This document shows positions 25,501 to 37,316 of a DNA stretch of 64,000 bases, in pieces; the first letter of the stretch is position 1, and each line of letters opens with the position of its first letter. The position numbers and the translations under genes are program-made. Where the stretch lies: positions 310,001-374,000 of the forward strand of contig JAMDHS010000001.1 of assembly GCA_029717555.1 (NCBI GenBank), in the 5' to 3' direction. The DNA is from Peribolospora baueri (Eukaryota). Below the pieces are notes generated by a model. That model worked only from the letters and a program-made list of their open reading frames with translations, was not told where the DNA came from and searched no databases.

Positions 25501-27514
25501 ACCCTTGGGAATCCACAAGGTACGTTCGGGCGTCAAGTATGGAGAATGTCTTGATAGGGCCCGGAGTCTCTATATGCTTCAAGGAGACTGAGCGGAAAAG
25601 CAAGACAAGACCGGCGGTTAGAGCTACCAGAAACGATCTGACCGGCCCACACAGCTATGGACTCAAATCGAACCCACGGAAACTCACCTGACTGCTCATC
25701 GTTTGCTGTTGGAAGCGACCAGATCATGATCCCGCCATCGGCACCGCCCGTAGCCTGTGTGAAAGGTCGAAGTTTTGTTGGCCCGTCACGCTTGGCGGCC
25801 TATTGTCATGACCAGAGACCTACCGCGATGTTGTGGTGCGTGTGCTCAACAGCAACACTCCAGATGCTCTTGCCAGAGTGGCCTTTCAGGCTTCTGACCG
25901 GCAGCGACCTCATCTGCTGTCCGCCTCGAGGCAACTCCCACACGAGGCAGGAAGAGTCCTGGAACGATGTCGGGGGACCTAATCAGCCAAGTCCAACTCG
26001 TCTGCGATCGAGAGTCTACATTCGCTCACCTCGGCCCCCGTGAGCACAAGGTCGTTTGCGAATGCAGCCCGCCATATGCGTGCTCGGTGACCCCAAAGCG
26101 TGGCGGGCTCCCTGGAGACAACGAATGATTATGTTACTGGCGATCATCGAAGACGGTCGGCGATGAACCTCCGATACTTTCCCGTCAGTGTCGATTTCCC
26201 ATATTTTCACAGACCGATCGTCAGAGACGGAGACGAGGCGCCGTCCATCCAGACTGAATGCCATCCCAAAGACGACGCCCTGAGCGCGAGTGAAGAATAG
26301 ATGGTCAAAGACGAGTAAGGACCCGAATACGCGCGATAATCGAGTGAGGAGAACTGGTACCGCACCTGATGTCCGCGTAGGCGCCGTGTAGCCTTTACCG
26401 TTCCATTGTCGTTTCGCTCTCCAAAAATGTCCCACAGAATGATCTGGTTAATGCAAAACCAGCTGGTCGACGTCCGTCAGCACGTCCCTGTTTTGGGCGA
26501 GAAATGAATTGAACAAGGCCCACCTCGCTCATAATCGTACCGCTGGCGACGAGAAGGAGGTCCTCTTCTGAGTCCTGTCGCCATGGATGTAGGAAGCGAG
26601 CCGAGTACAGAAAGCAAGATGTTTCGTTGTGAACGGCTGGGCCGAACGTTCGGGTTTGCAGATCGAATAGAAGGGCCATATTGTGCGCGCAGACGAAGGC
26701 AAGTGAAGGACCGGTACGTGACTTGTTTCAAATAAAAGGTTAAACGCACAAGGAAACGGCGAGGTCAATCCTGAGATAAACTGACTGGCGACTGCCCGAC
26801 TCCTTGGCTTGCCTCGAGCTTACTGATCGGTAGAAGCAGACGTCAAGTATCCAGTCGGGCAAACGAAGCCTATGCTGGACGCGCATGCTTTCGAGCACGC
26901 TGGGGAGAAAACGTGAAGGAAGAGTCAGGATGACTGTTGGGCTGGGAGCGTACGTATGATGGCGACGAAAAGCAACGATAGTGGCTTCGTACCTGCCGTC
27001 ACCCGACAATCGCAGCTCGAGCAGGAGCGCCTGCTTCCCTCCAGCGACGACGACCTCCCTCTGTCGACAATCTCTTCGATCATCTGTTCGAGTGATGGAG
27101 CGTACGTCGGCAGCGGAGAGGCAGCAGCGGTTCAGTCCGGCTTGAGCAGAGCCGATGGCAGGGCAGATTCAGTGCGCTACCAGGGCGCTCCTTACCTGGG
27201 ACGATGTGATGTATCCGCTGCGCCACCAGCAGCTCCCATTCCTTCTTTTCGAACGACTGAGCATGCCCGCCACCAGCCTCATTTCGTTGGCGACAGACGT
27301 CGAAAGCGAGCAGCGAAGGACCGGTGCCTGCGAGAAGGATGCGCTCGGTGAGGAAGGTGAGAGCGGTGACGGGAACGGTTCGGTGGATGCTCTGAGGAGG
27401 AGCGATGCGGAGATTGATCCGGTCGTCAGCGTCGGGCAAAACTGATCATTCCGATTCATGAGCAGGCCTTCCCGCCTCATCGTAGAATGCGAGTTACGCA
27501 CAGAGACGTCGCAT
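22509..27514 (-). CDS. TRM734: WD40 protein WDR6/Trm734 (Rtt10), multi-exon
   Basis: PVTAL at the N-terminus, FLYSARF...VASGTIMSEV, LVSVSDDRSVKIW, HQSGV, VASVGDDNAL, AHASSI, SWDQRV, HVADC and GVG near the C-terminus. Start and some exon edges inferred. Confidence 0.75.
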
Positions 27515-27709
27515 TTTTGCATGGCGAGGATGAAGACACGGGAAGGAGTGATGCTCTAATTCCTTCCGGCCGCGCTCTCCATCTGATCGGCTGCGGGATG
27601 CTCGCCGTCGATCTAGTTGCTCGTGCGCGTCGCTCACTGCGGTCTTTGTTCACATACGTTCACATACAAAGATTTACATATGCAAGAATATTCATTAATA
27701 ACACAGAAG

Positions 27710-27792
27710 GCGATCGTGGCGCAACAGCTGCGCGTCCGACTTCGGTTCTTTAGGAGTTCGGAAGGTTGTGGGTGCAAATCCCATCGGTCGCT
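27710..27792 (+). tRNA. tRNA-Arg(UCG) with 11-nt intron (27746-27756) and atypical D/T loops
   Basis: Acceptor GCGATCG/CGGTCGC, D-stem GCGC/GCGC, anticodon stem TCCGA/TCGGA with CT-TCG-G, variable loop AGGTT, T-stem GTGGG/CCCAT, 72-nt mature length, and a T6 Pol III terminator ~8 nt downstream. Confidence 0.8.
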
Positions 27793-27896
27793 GGTTCGAT
27801 TTTTTGCTGGAACTTTTTTTTTGTCGTTTTCGTCCTCCCCGTACTCACCGTATGAGGTACGCAAAATAGAAGATGCGATTCGGTCATCGTCATCGA

Positions 27897-27936
27897 GGAC
27901 GGGATGCAGTGCTTTCAAGGTCCTATGGCCGCAGAT
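27897..27936 (-). pseudogene. 5S rRNA 5' fragment (40 nt)
   Basis: Minus strand reads ATCTGCGGCCATAGGACCTTGAAAGCACTGCATCCCGTCC, the basidiomycete 5S 5' end; truncated after that. Confidence 0.8.
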
Positions 27937-28231
27937 GAGGAATAGAGTGAGACCGAGGTAGACCTGCGTCTCATCCTGAGCCTTCCCCTACTCTTTTCTG
28001 ACTTTGAGCGCTACCTGTCTCCTATAGAGAGAACACCAACTGAGGTAATTTTTTATTTTTTATTTTTTATTTTTACCCCAGTCATCTCACAGGAACAAAA
28101 TTTTTGATTTTTGATTATTTTTTTTTATTTTCCGTCTCCTCCTTTGCGTCCTCCTCAACGCCAAGTCGAATAAGTACAACCCCTTCTCTTCTGAAGGATT
28201 AAAAAAATAGAGAAAAACTCGACCAAGTTGA
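27937..28231 (-). other. rDNA IGS1/3'ETS relic between the 28S end and 5S
   Basis: A/T-tract-rich spacer lying exactly between a 28S 3' terminus and a 5S 5' end in the same orientation. Confidence 0.65.
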
Positions 28232-28325
28232 ACAAATCTTTAGAACAAGGGGTTAGCCTCAGCAGATCGTAGCAACAAGGCTACTCTACTGCTTACAGCG
28301 CCCGTTCCCATTCAAGTCGTCTAAG
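28232..28325 (-). pseudogene. 25S/28S rRNA 3'-terminal fragment
   Basis: Minus strand reads ...GACGACTTGAATGGGAACGG...TGTAAGCAGTAGAGTAGCCTTGTTGCTACGATCTGCTGAGG...AGATTTGT, the conserved fungal LSU 3' end. Confidence 0.9.
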
Positions 28326-28327
28326 AC

Positions 28328-28832
28328 GTTCAACCACTAAATTAAAATATTGCAATAACCCGCTCTCCCTATTTCAAGAATTACATTTGTGATTTGAAGA
28401 CTTTCAAATTCTTGTACTATACAAGCGTTCCCAATCCATTCTCTCCTCCTTCGCCCTGTCCTTTCTCTTCTTTGTCCAGCGTCCAGACCACGGAGCACCG
28501 GACGCGCGCGCCGTGTCATACGTGCCGTATCGTATAGTATCGTATCGTATCGTATCGATCGTATCGTATCGTATGCAAGTAGAAGCATCGTCAAAACACG
28601 CCCGGTCCCTCTCCGTCCCATGCGATGCGGTTCCGCGCGTGGCAGGAAGGCGATAGATAGCCACGAGGGTATGTGTAAACCCTTGGCTGTGGCGGACGAG
28701 CCGGAGCCGGACTTGGCGGAAGAAGGGAAAGTAAAGAAAAGCTTGGAGGCCGAGCGGACAGTGTCGGGGTCGGACACGCCGTGGGGTGTTTGTTCTTGAA
28801 GAAAACCGATCGAGTTGAGGAAGAAACGGCGC
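28328..28832 (-). repeat. Diverged inverted copy of 45772-46916 (GH79 3' coding part and downstream flank) with two internal deletions
   Basis: Shares PDTVRSASKLFFTFPSSAKSGSGSS coding DNA, the (TACGA)n tract, GGACAAAGAAGAG...GGATTGGG and GGTTATTGCA..TTTAATTTAGT.GTTGAAC with the 45.8-46.9 kb region. Confidence 0.92.
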
Positions 28833-29239
28833 CCTTATGCAAACAAGGTCTCTGTTTTTCTTCTTCTTCTTCTTCTTTGTTCCTTTCTTTCCGGGATCGC
28901 TGCAACGCGATATCCACCCTTTTAAGGGATGGATACGATGGGCGACTGGCAGGCGTCGGCGGAGTGGTGATCGCCCAGACTCGTGAGGGTGATGGCATCA
29001 ACGGCCTGGCCGTTCGGGCGGTGAAAACGCCATGGGGCCTCGCCCGCGCGGAGCATCTTACACCCATCTATATCCTGATCCTCACCCATAGATAGGATTT
29101 CGGAAGGGGAAAAGAAAAGGGTTGCAAAAAGTGGGTGGGGGTAAAAAGGGACGACTACTCGTATCGTACACACTCGTAGCGTCCCTTGGGGGAGACGCGA
29201 CAGAGGGACGGCATGTGTGGCGGAACGGCCGGGCTCTGT

Positions 29240-30181
29240 CTAGACAGAGTACTTGTCGTGCATGGACGGGTAAACGCGGCCGCCCTCGAGGTCGCGCATG
29301 CGCTCCTGCTTGTCACGGTGGTACTCGCTTTCGAGGCGTTTGATGGCGGCGAAGCCTTGCTCCTCCTGCAGCTGGGCCTTGTACTGGGTGACGATGTGGA
29401 TGAGGTCTGGAGGTCGATCGGCGGGCAGACGGCGGACGAGGCCAGGAAGGGGCAGATGAGCGGCGGGACGCGGTGCCCACTGGACGGACAGGACGGCTCT
29501 CGGCCGGCCACTCACAGATCTCGACGAGCTTGACGACAATCCACACGGCGAGATAGATCCATTTTCCGACCTTGATAAAGTCGCTGCAGGCTTCGTTCTT
29601 GTCGTCGTTCGACCAAGACGCGTCGTTCGGGTTGCCGTTCAGACTGGCGACGCACCTGTCCTGCGTCTTCGTAGTGTCGAAGATGGAGATGAGCATCCAG
29701 ATGCCGAGGGCGAGGTCGATGATGAAGTGGACCTGTGAAAAGCGCAAGGGGAGGGGATGAAACGGCGACAAAGGTGGCGGTAAGCGTTAGTCCGACATCC
29801 GACGCCTAGGGCCGGCCTATCGACGGACGCTCACAATGAGGATACGTTGGTAGAAGGAGACGGCACCCCGGCTGGCCATGATGGAGCCGATGAAACCGGT
29901 GATGGCGGCGAGGGCGACGATCATCTCCGTGACGCCGGTGCAGATCATCGAGATCTTCTCCGAACCGGTCTCAGCTGCGAATGAGATGAACGCGAGCGGG
30001 GGAAAGAGAGGGGTTAAAGCGACGGACGACGAGGGCGAGGGCGAGGGCGAGGGGGCAGACGGGACTCACAGTGCACTTGCAAGAAGCTGACGAAGCCGAT
30101 GAAGCCGCAGAACGCGGCCATGACGATGGAGAGGACGAAGACGCCCAAGCGGACGGGGAGACAGCAGCAAAAGGTGCGCAT
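29240..30181 (-). CDS. Four-TM (tetraspanin-like) membrane protein, 4 exons
   Basis: MRTFCCCLPVRLGV N-terminus, four hydrophobic segments, two Cys in the loop before TM4 and a charged C-tail. Confidence 0.75.
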
Positions 30182-31599
30182 CTTGTGCAGGTGCAGGTGT
30201 GGCTGGCAGACGGAGAAAGCTGGAGGGGGTATGTAGTCGTGAAAAAAAAAAAAAGAATACAAGCTTGAACCGGTCAAGCTGCGAGGAAAGAATTAAAGGG
30301 GGGCTGTGAAGAAACAAAGACGATGAGACCACAATCCAGGTGGGTTGGAGAGAAAGGAGAAAAAGGTGGGAGAGGGGGGAACGGGTGCAGGAGAGGCTTT
30401 ATACGGGTAGGGCGAGCGGGACGAGACGCGCGCGGCTGGAGAGCCATTTGGACGACGTGGATGTGGATGGGTCCGGCTGTGGCGGCGTCGACGCGGACAC
30501 TAGGAGAGAAAAGGGACAAGGCGACGTCAGTCACCAAACCCGGTTCCGACGATGGGCACTAGGTGGCAAGGCGAGGAAGGGCGGAGCGGCTGGAGTTCGC
30601 CTGGCCCGCGTGCTGGCGGGCTCTTTCCTCGCCCGCCGCGTCCGCTGGGGCGGCCTTGTTCCGGTAACGGTGGTACCTTGAACGCCCGGGGGGTATCGAG
30701 CAATACATACGCCGTAAGTAAGAAGAAGTTGTATTGTATATCGCTTTGTACCGACGCGAGCGGCAACGTGGATGATTCTTCTCCCGTCCCCGGTCGCCCC
30801 CATCGACTGTTAGCCATCGAATCCGATGGCAAATTCATACCACGCCACGCACGCGCCTTGAGAGCGCCGGAGGAGAGGATCTGCGAACGACCGAGAGCGA
30901 GCGAGCGAGCGCCGACTCGGGAGGTCATGTCCATCATCGCAAGTCCTTCGCGCGCCCCTTTCCGACACTGACAGGACTTGACTGGTGGAGAGACGGACGG
31001 TGTCATGAGCGTCCGCCGCGATCTGACATCGGAGCCTTCTCGCGGCGTTATCCGGAGCATAACGTGGCCGCGCGGCGTTCCGCTTGGACGGCGCCAACCA
31101 TGGGCGCCCGCCGTGAGACGCCGGAGGCCAGGACGACAGACAGACGCACGGACAGAACAGAAGGACAGCCAAGTTATCTCTATATGAACGGCTCATCTTT
31201 TTTCTCGTCCGCCGCGTTGTCCACACACAAATAACTAGTGCTGTATCGACTCGAGAGCGAGACAGACGGGCGGTCGGTGTCCAACTCGGTCGCAGGCCCC
31301 GTCGGAACGGCAAAAGGGGTCAAACATGATGCTCGAGCACTCTGCAAGATGGGCCGTTTCAACAGGCAGGCAGGCGAGCGAGGGAGCAAGTGATGACCCT
31401 CTGCGTATGTGCTAATATTCGCTCGCTCCCATCTCTCCCCATCTCTCCTCAGACGGACGGCGGGGCAAGCGAGGGCTGGATCCGACGAGTGGTGTGCTCA
31501 TCATACCCGCTCGCTTCCCATCCCTCCCCACAGACGGTCTGTCTGGACCGGAGAGACAGACGAACGAACGAAACGGAACGGCCTACCGACGCACTCGTC

Positions 31600-32301
31600 C
31601 TACCACCGGATAAGGTTGTTCCCTGCCCGGCGGGGCAGGCCGAGCGATTCGCCGCCGCTGCTGCTTCTGCTGCTGCCACTGCCACTGCCACTGCCGCCCC
31701 CACCCCCACCACCGCCCCCGCCGCCGATAGTGAGGGCACGGCGGGCAGCGAGGGCAGAGCGGAAGCAGAGGGTATGGCGGAGGACTTTTTTCCAAGTCGG
31801 CATGTCGCGCCGGCGGACGGCGGCGGCGAGGTGCTTGCGCTCGGCCTCTTGGCCGGTGAGCGTCGCGTACAGACATCCTGGCGGGCGGTCAGGTCAGAGG
31901 GAGGGAGAGAGGAAGAGAGGGAGAGAGACGGGTTGGGCCGGCGCGCACCGAAGGAAGGAGAGGTGGCGTTACGGCGTCACTCACTGAGGTGCACTCCATA
32001 CTGACGTCGGGCCGAAGGAGGCCGGGGAGGAGAAGAAGGGGGAATGAGCGGAGAAGGAAGGCCTCGTCGGCGTCGAATTGGCGCTCACCTGTTCCTCCTG
32101 CTCCATGAACTCAAGGATCCGCCGATGGAGCAACGAGGCAGTCTCCTCGTCCGTCACTCGCCCCCTCATGGCCTCGAGCGTCGCGCGCTCCTGGGACACG
32201 ATGTGGCCGGCCGTGGCGAGCCGGCAGTAGGCCCTGGTTTTGGCTTGGATGCTGCCCTCGAGCGAGGCGAGCTGCTGTTCGTCGGTGGGGGGTAGGAGCA
32301 T
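31600..32301 (-). CDS. Hypothetical coiled-coil protein with Gly/Ser tail (3 exons)
   Basis: Exons MLLPPTDEQQ...EQEEQ / YGVHL / RCLYATLTGQ...NNLIRW* splice in frame through GTGAGC/GTGAGT..CAG introns. Confidence 0.55.
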
Positions 32302-34049
32302 GGCTGGACGTGGCGTTGCTTGGGTGGCGTTGCGTGGTGTGGGTGGCTGGCGTGAGATGGATAGGTTGATTGAACGGGCACTGGGGAAAGCCGAGCTGGG
32401 AGCGAAGGTCAAGCAAGGCGAAGCGGCGAGATGAGACACGAGACGTCTCGTCTGTGCCGCTTCACGCTCGCGCTCGCTTCTGGACGGCGCCCGGATGCGT
32501 CGTCGTACGAGCCGAGTTGGCGACGACGACGACGACGACGACGGTTGGGTGCATGGATCGATGGGGTACGAGCGAGCGGAGTGAGCGTGGGACGGCAGGA
32601 AGGGTGGATATGGAACTGAACGGAGCGAGTGACCAAGTGGCCCTGACGGCTCGCTTCCTGCTTTTCATTTACGCAGAGGCCTCGTGCGTCATCGGTCATC
32701 GTGATCGAGGGCGAGGATAAAAGAAAGCAGGGGTAGGCGTGACGGCGTCGGCGTGTTTAGTGGACAAAAAGGCCGAAGGAAGATGTCATGTCGGTCGGTG
32801 TTGAGTACGAGCGCAGGCCACGCCTTCGCTCTCTATCCTTAGCCTCTATCCGTCCGTCCGTCCATCCCTTCGTCTCTGTTTCCCACCCCTTCCCTTCACA
32901 AGAGGCAGTGAGTGTCAGACAGAGAGAAGAGAGGCAGTCAGTTTGCGTTTACGAAGCGGGTCTCGAGTTAGATAGATGTCTGGCGACGAAGACAAGGGGG
33001 AGAATAAATAAATAAGTACAGGGAGTTGGACGGGGGAAAGAGAGAGAGACCTTATTCATATCCCATCGCCGGCGGCGACCAGATAGCGAGCGTTGGATAG
33101 GGAGGGACGGAGGCAGGCGAGAGACGTTGGTCTGGGTTGGTCTGGCCTGGTCTGGCCCGACGGGTGGGCGGGCAGGCACGCACGCATTCCCACTTTCCAG
33201 GGCGCCATCGCATCCGCTGGGCGCGATGGGACGAGGATTGGCTACTCCATCGACCACCTCACCTCGGGCGCGGACGGACGTCGGCGCTTCGCAGGCATGC
33301 ATCGCGGCTCGCGGCAGGCGGGCGGGCGGGAAGGAAGGAAGGAAGGGAGGGAGGGAGGAAGGAAGGAAGGAAAGAAAGAAAGAAAGAAGAAAGAAAGAAA
33401 GAAAGAAGATGGGCGAAGGCCGGGTTCTTTTCCTACCTTTCATAGAGATAGGCGCCGGTGGACTGTGATTATTATTATTATTATGTACGAAGGGTATCGC
33501 CGTACATGCGATGCGATGCGACTCCAGCGGCCGGCCGACTGGTTGGTGACACTTCGGAAGGAAGGAAATGAGGCGCTGCGGTCATCGCTTCTCGTTCGCC
33601 TCGTTGCGGATGTTGACGTGACGTGCCGGTCGACGATCGTGGGGCCCGTTTAGGGCGCGCTGGCTGAGCCGCGTCGCACCGTCGCCTTCTAACGCCGACT
33701 ACCGCCGCCTAGAGGCCGAATAGACGATCGCCGGCGGCGGTCGGATGAAAAGGAAGCAAGCGGATGGCCGCGTTCGGCATTGCTTGCTTGCGTCGGCCGG
33801 CCTGTCTGTCTGCCGTCGGCGGATTCGTCTTGTTTTGGATTTGGATTCGGTTTTGGTTTTGGTTTTGGCGTAATTGGTCTGCCTCTGTCTGACCTGGCCG
33901 TGTTGGTTTTGCCGTCTGTCTGTCCGCTTGCGTCGGTTGCCGCAGCAGCGGTGGTCGGCGCGCAGCGAGCGGGCTGGAAGGAAGCAAAACGAGCAGGCGT
34001 CTCCGAATTTAGACCTGGCTGCAGATCGGCCACCGATCGGCCGGTCGCG

Positions 34050-34103
34050 ATTAGAAGGGCGTTAAAGGGCATTAGGAGGGCGTTAAAGGGTATTAGAAGG
34101 GCG
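34050..34103 (+). repeat. 21-bp tandem repeat (~2.5 copies)
   Basis: ATTAGAAGGGCGTTAAAGGGC / ATTAGGAGGGCGTTAAAGGGT / ATTAGAAGGGCG. Confidence 0.8.
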
Positions 34104-34654
34104 CGAGGGAAATGAAAGGTGCGGCCGTAATGGGGTCGTCTGAGAGGGCTGGCCTTGTCTGTCTGTCATCTGTCCGACGTGCGTGCTGTGCGCTTCGCTT
34201 CGCTTCGAATCTCTTCTGTGCCGTCATTGTATGCCGTTGTATGTCGTTGTATGTCCTTGTTATTGCCCCTTGTAGCTCGGCCCCATCTCGTCCCCCTCTC
34301 TCTCTCTCGCATGCGCCGAGGCTGAGCCGGCCTAGCGTAGCTCACCCACCTTAGTCCTCTCAACCAGCCCAGCCAGCCAAGCCAGCCGTCCGCAGCAGAC
34401 GTGGACGAGCCGGTAGCGACCCAAGGCCAAGGAAGGGCGGCCCCCCTTTTATGCTCGCCCGCCCGCTCCGCCCTTCTTCCACTCCCCGCCACCCATTTCG
34501 CCTCGTCCCCCTTCCCACCACCACCACCACCTCTCTTTCCCCTCTTCCCCCTTCTTGCTTCTTCTTCGCTTGCCTCTGACCCTCGTCTCTCCTTCCCCTC
34601 TTGCTCCTCTCCCTCTCTATAGCCCTCCCCTTGCCCCCATCTAATCCCCCCACC

Positions 34655-35935
34655 ATGTCCTTCTCCCTCATCGCCAAGGCCGCGCTGGCCCTCCTCCCCG
34701 CCGCCGCCCAGGTGGCCGCGCAGACCTACTCCAACACCTACGGCGTCTACACCATCACCCAGGACACTGGCGGAAACATCCCCCTCGCCTCCAAGCACTT
34801 TTCCTGGCCTGACCTCCCCTACCAGGCCGACACAGGCAACGGCCCCCGTGGTACCCAGCAGGGCTACAACCTTTGTAACTCCACCACCGAGGGCGCCAAC
34901 TCGTGGTGCCAGACCGCCTACATCAACTCGATCGACGACTTCTGCATCTGGGGTTCCCCCACGTCCAACCAGACCGTCGGCGCCGTCGAGGAGGAGATGG
35001 TCGCCTACTGCACCAAGAAGGGCCACGGCGGACGCCTCCTCCCCGCCGGCGCCCTCCAGGGCGTCACCTTGTGCGTTTTAGTCTCGTCCTCCACTCGAGC
35101 TCGGCTGACGCGCCTTCGCTCCGCCGCCTTGCCCTCGTCTTGGCTTACCTAACCTCGCTTCTCTTCCCCCCCCAACAGCGTGTCCACCCCCGGTTACGTT
35201 CAAGTCACCGGCATGGTCGACCAGACCGCCCTCAACCTCCAGGCCGACGACGGTGGTGGAGAGGAGGACCCTCACGGTGCTGACCAGCGTGGCAACCCCC
35301 TCGGCTCTCTCCTCTACTCCTCCGCGTTCACCAACAAGACGAACCAGGGCAAGAACAGCTACACTCAGGTCATCGAGTGGTCCTACTTCGTCGGCTCCGG
35401 CACCTTCTGCTTCAAGGCCTGCGACCCTTCTGACCCCCAGGCGCCCGAGCTCTGCCAGCACATCTACGACCGCGTCGGCTGCAACTACAACGCCCCCATG
35501 GACTACGCTCACATGAACGGCACCTTCCAGTCTTGCAAGGGTGACAACCAGCTCCCCGCCGGCGTCTACGTCACCAACGGCGTCACCTCCACCTGGGCCC
35601 AGCCCGCCGAGTCGCTCGGCGCCATCAGCACCATCCCTTACACCGCCTCGGTGCCCGCCAGCTCGAGCTGCACCACCTACACCTCGACGTCGATCTACAC
35701 CGACCTCGTCTCTACCACTGCCTCTGTCGCCGCCTCGGGCGCTGGCGCCACCGCTGGCTACTCCGCCCAGGGCACCCGCGGCGGCTCCGGCAGCGGCTCG
35801 GCCCAGGCCACCGGCCAGTCGTCCAGCAACGGCAAGAGCAGCGGCGCTTCCAGGTCGATCGGCGGCGACTTCCTTGTCGGTGCCGGCTTCTTCACCGCCG
35901 CCGCCGTCTTCGGCGCCGTCGCTGTGCTGGCATGA
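34655..35935 (+). CDS. GPI-anchored mannoprotein, Cryptococcus MP88/macrophage-activating glycoprotein family (1 intron)
   Basis: Signal peptide; GYNLCNSTT, CQTAYINSIDDFCIW, VAYCTKKGHG, GGEEDPHGADQRGNPLG and CQHIYDRVGC; Ser/Thr-rich stalk and hydrophobic C-terminus. Confidence 0.85.
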
Positions 35936-37316
35936 GTGAACGTAGTCTGCTGCCTATCTTTCGTCCCCCTCCTTTCTCTCCCCTCTCCACCGATGACGCG
36001 CTCTTCTTGTGAGGGAACCTGCTGGACTCTTGGCAATGGGACTGCATACCACTATCACCGCCGTCGTTTCCGTCGATGTGCGGACCCCTCTCTCCACCCT
36101 CCTCGCCCCTCCTCGCCCCTCCTCACCCCTCCTCGCATTTCCTTCTCACCCCGCTCTCCAACACGGACAATCGTTTCTTCCGTCTCCTCTTCTCATCTCA
36201 TTCGTTTCATTTGCTGAAATCCCACTCCATTCACCCTCGGCGTTTGCGATTGCGTTTGCGTTTTGTGCATATGGCCCGGCCGGCAGTGTCCCCCGCGTCG
36301 TTCACGCCCCTTTCCGCAACCCCCGTCCTTCCTTCCCCGGCCCCCGGGCCCCCGCCCCTCCTTCGCTTAATATATGCTGATTTGATTGCATGCGCGCGTG
36401 TTTGTGTGTGTTACGGGACGGGACTCTCAGGTGGATGGATGGTCGATTCGAATCCTTCGTGCCCCGCTCCGCCGTCTCCTATGTCCATTGTAGTTTGTAT
36501 GCGCGCTCGCCCGCTCGTCTCTCGAGTCGAGTCGATGTCGTCGTCAGCCCGCCCACTAAGGCTAGCCTTGTCTGTCCGTCCGTCCGCCCCCCTTTCTTCC
36601 CTCCCTCCTCCAGCTAGCCCGCCGCCTCGGCCCGGGGTCGGATCGGGCTCGACCGAGCGAGCGAACGAACAAACGGAACGAGCAAGGAAAGGCGCAAGGC
36701 AAGTAAGCAAGCTATCCTTCCATCCTTCCTTCCCTTCCCTTCCCTTCTTTTGTTGTTAGCTCGAGTATGGTTTTGCGGCGACGGGCGGGCCGCAGTCTTT
36801 TTGGCCTTGCTCTTCGTTCTTCTGCTCGCCGACCGATCTGTCCGTCCTTCCTTCCGTCCTTCCGTCCGTCCGTCCGTGCGGTGAGGTGGTGCGTGCGTCC
36901 GATCTCCTGTTCCGATTTCAAATCTCTTCAATCTATCTATCTAGTCGTCGCAGCGCGAGCAAACCTCGTCCGTCTGTCTGCTAGCTAGATACCCCATCCA
37001 CCCCACTTGACCATAGCTCGCTCGCTCGCTCGTGCCGGAGGAGGGAGGGAGGGCGGGATCGGTTCGTACATCACGACGACGCTATCTGAAAGTGAGTGTA
37101 ATGCGATGTGGTGTGGGTTGCGAGTGCGAGTGCGAGTGTTGGCTCGTCTCGTGGACTCGAGTTCGGTCGCTGTGGACTGGATTGGATTGGATTGGATTGG
37201 ACTGGAGGGGCGACTGGAATCGAGGATGGAGCCAACGTCGACTGACCCGCACTCCTCTTTTCAGTCACCACCTCTTCACCACACCGCTCTCTTTCGCCGT
37301 CCTCGCGCGGCGAACC

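Noticed and set aside
28337..28777. 146-aa ORF as a second GH79-related gene
   Set aside because: It is a chance read-through of a deleted, inverted duplicate that joins coding and UTR sequence; it has no catalytic motifs.
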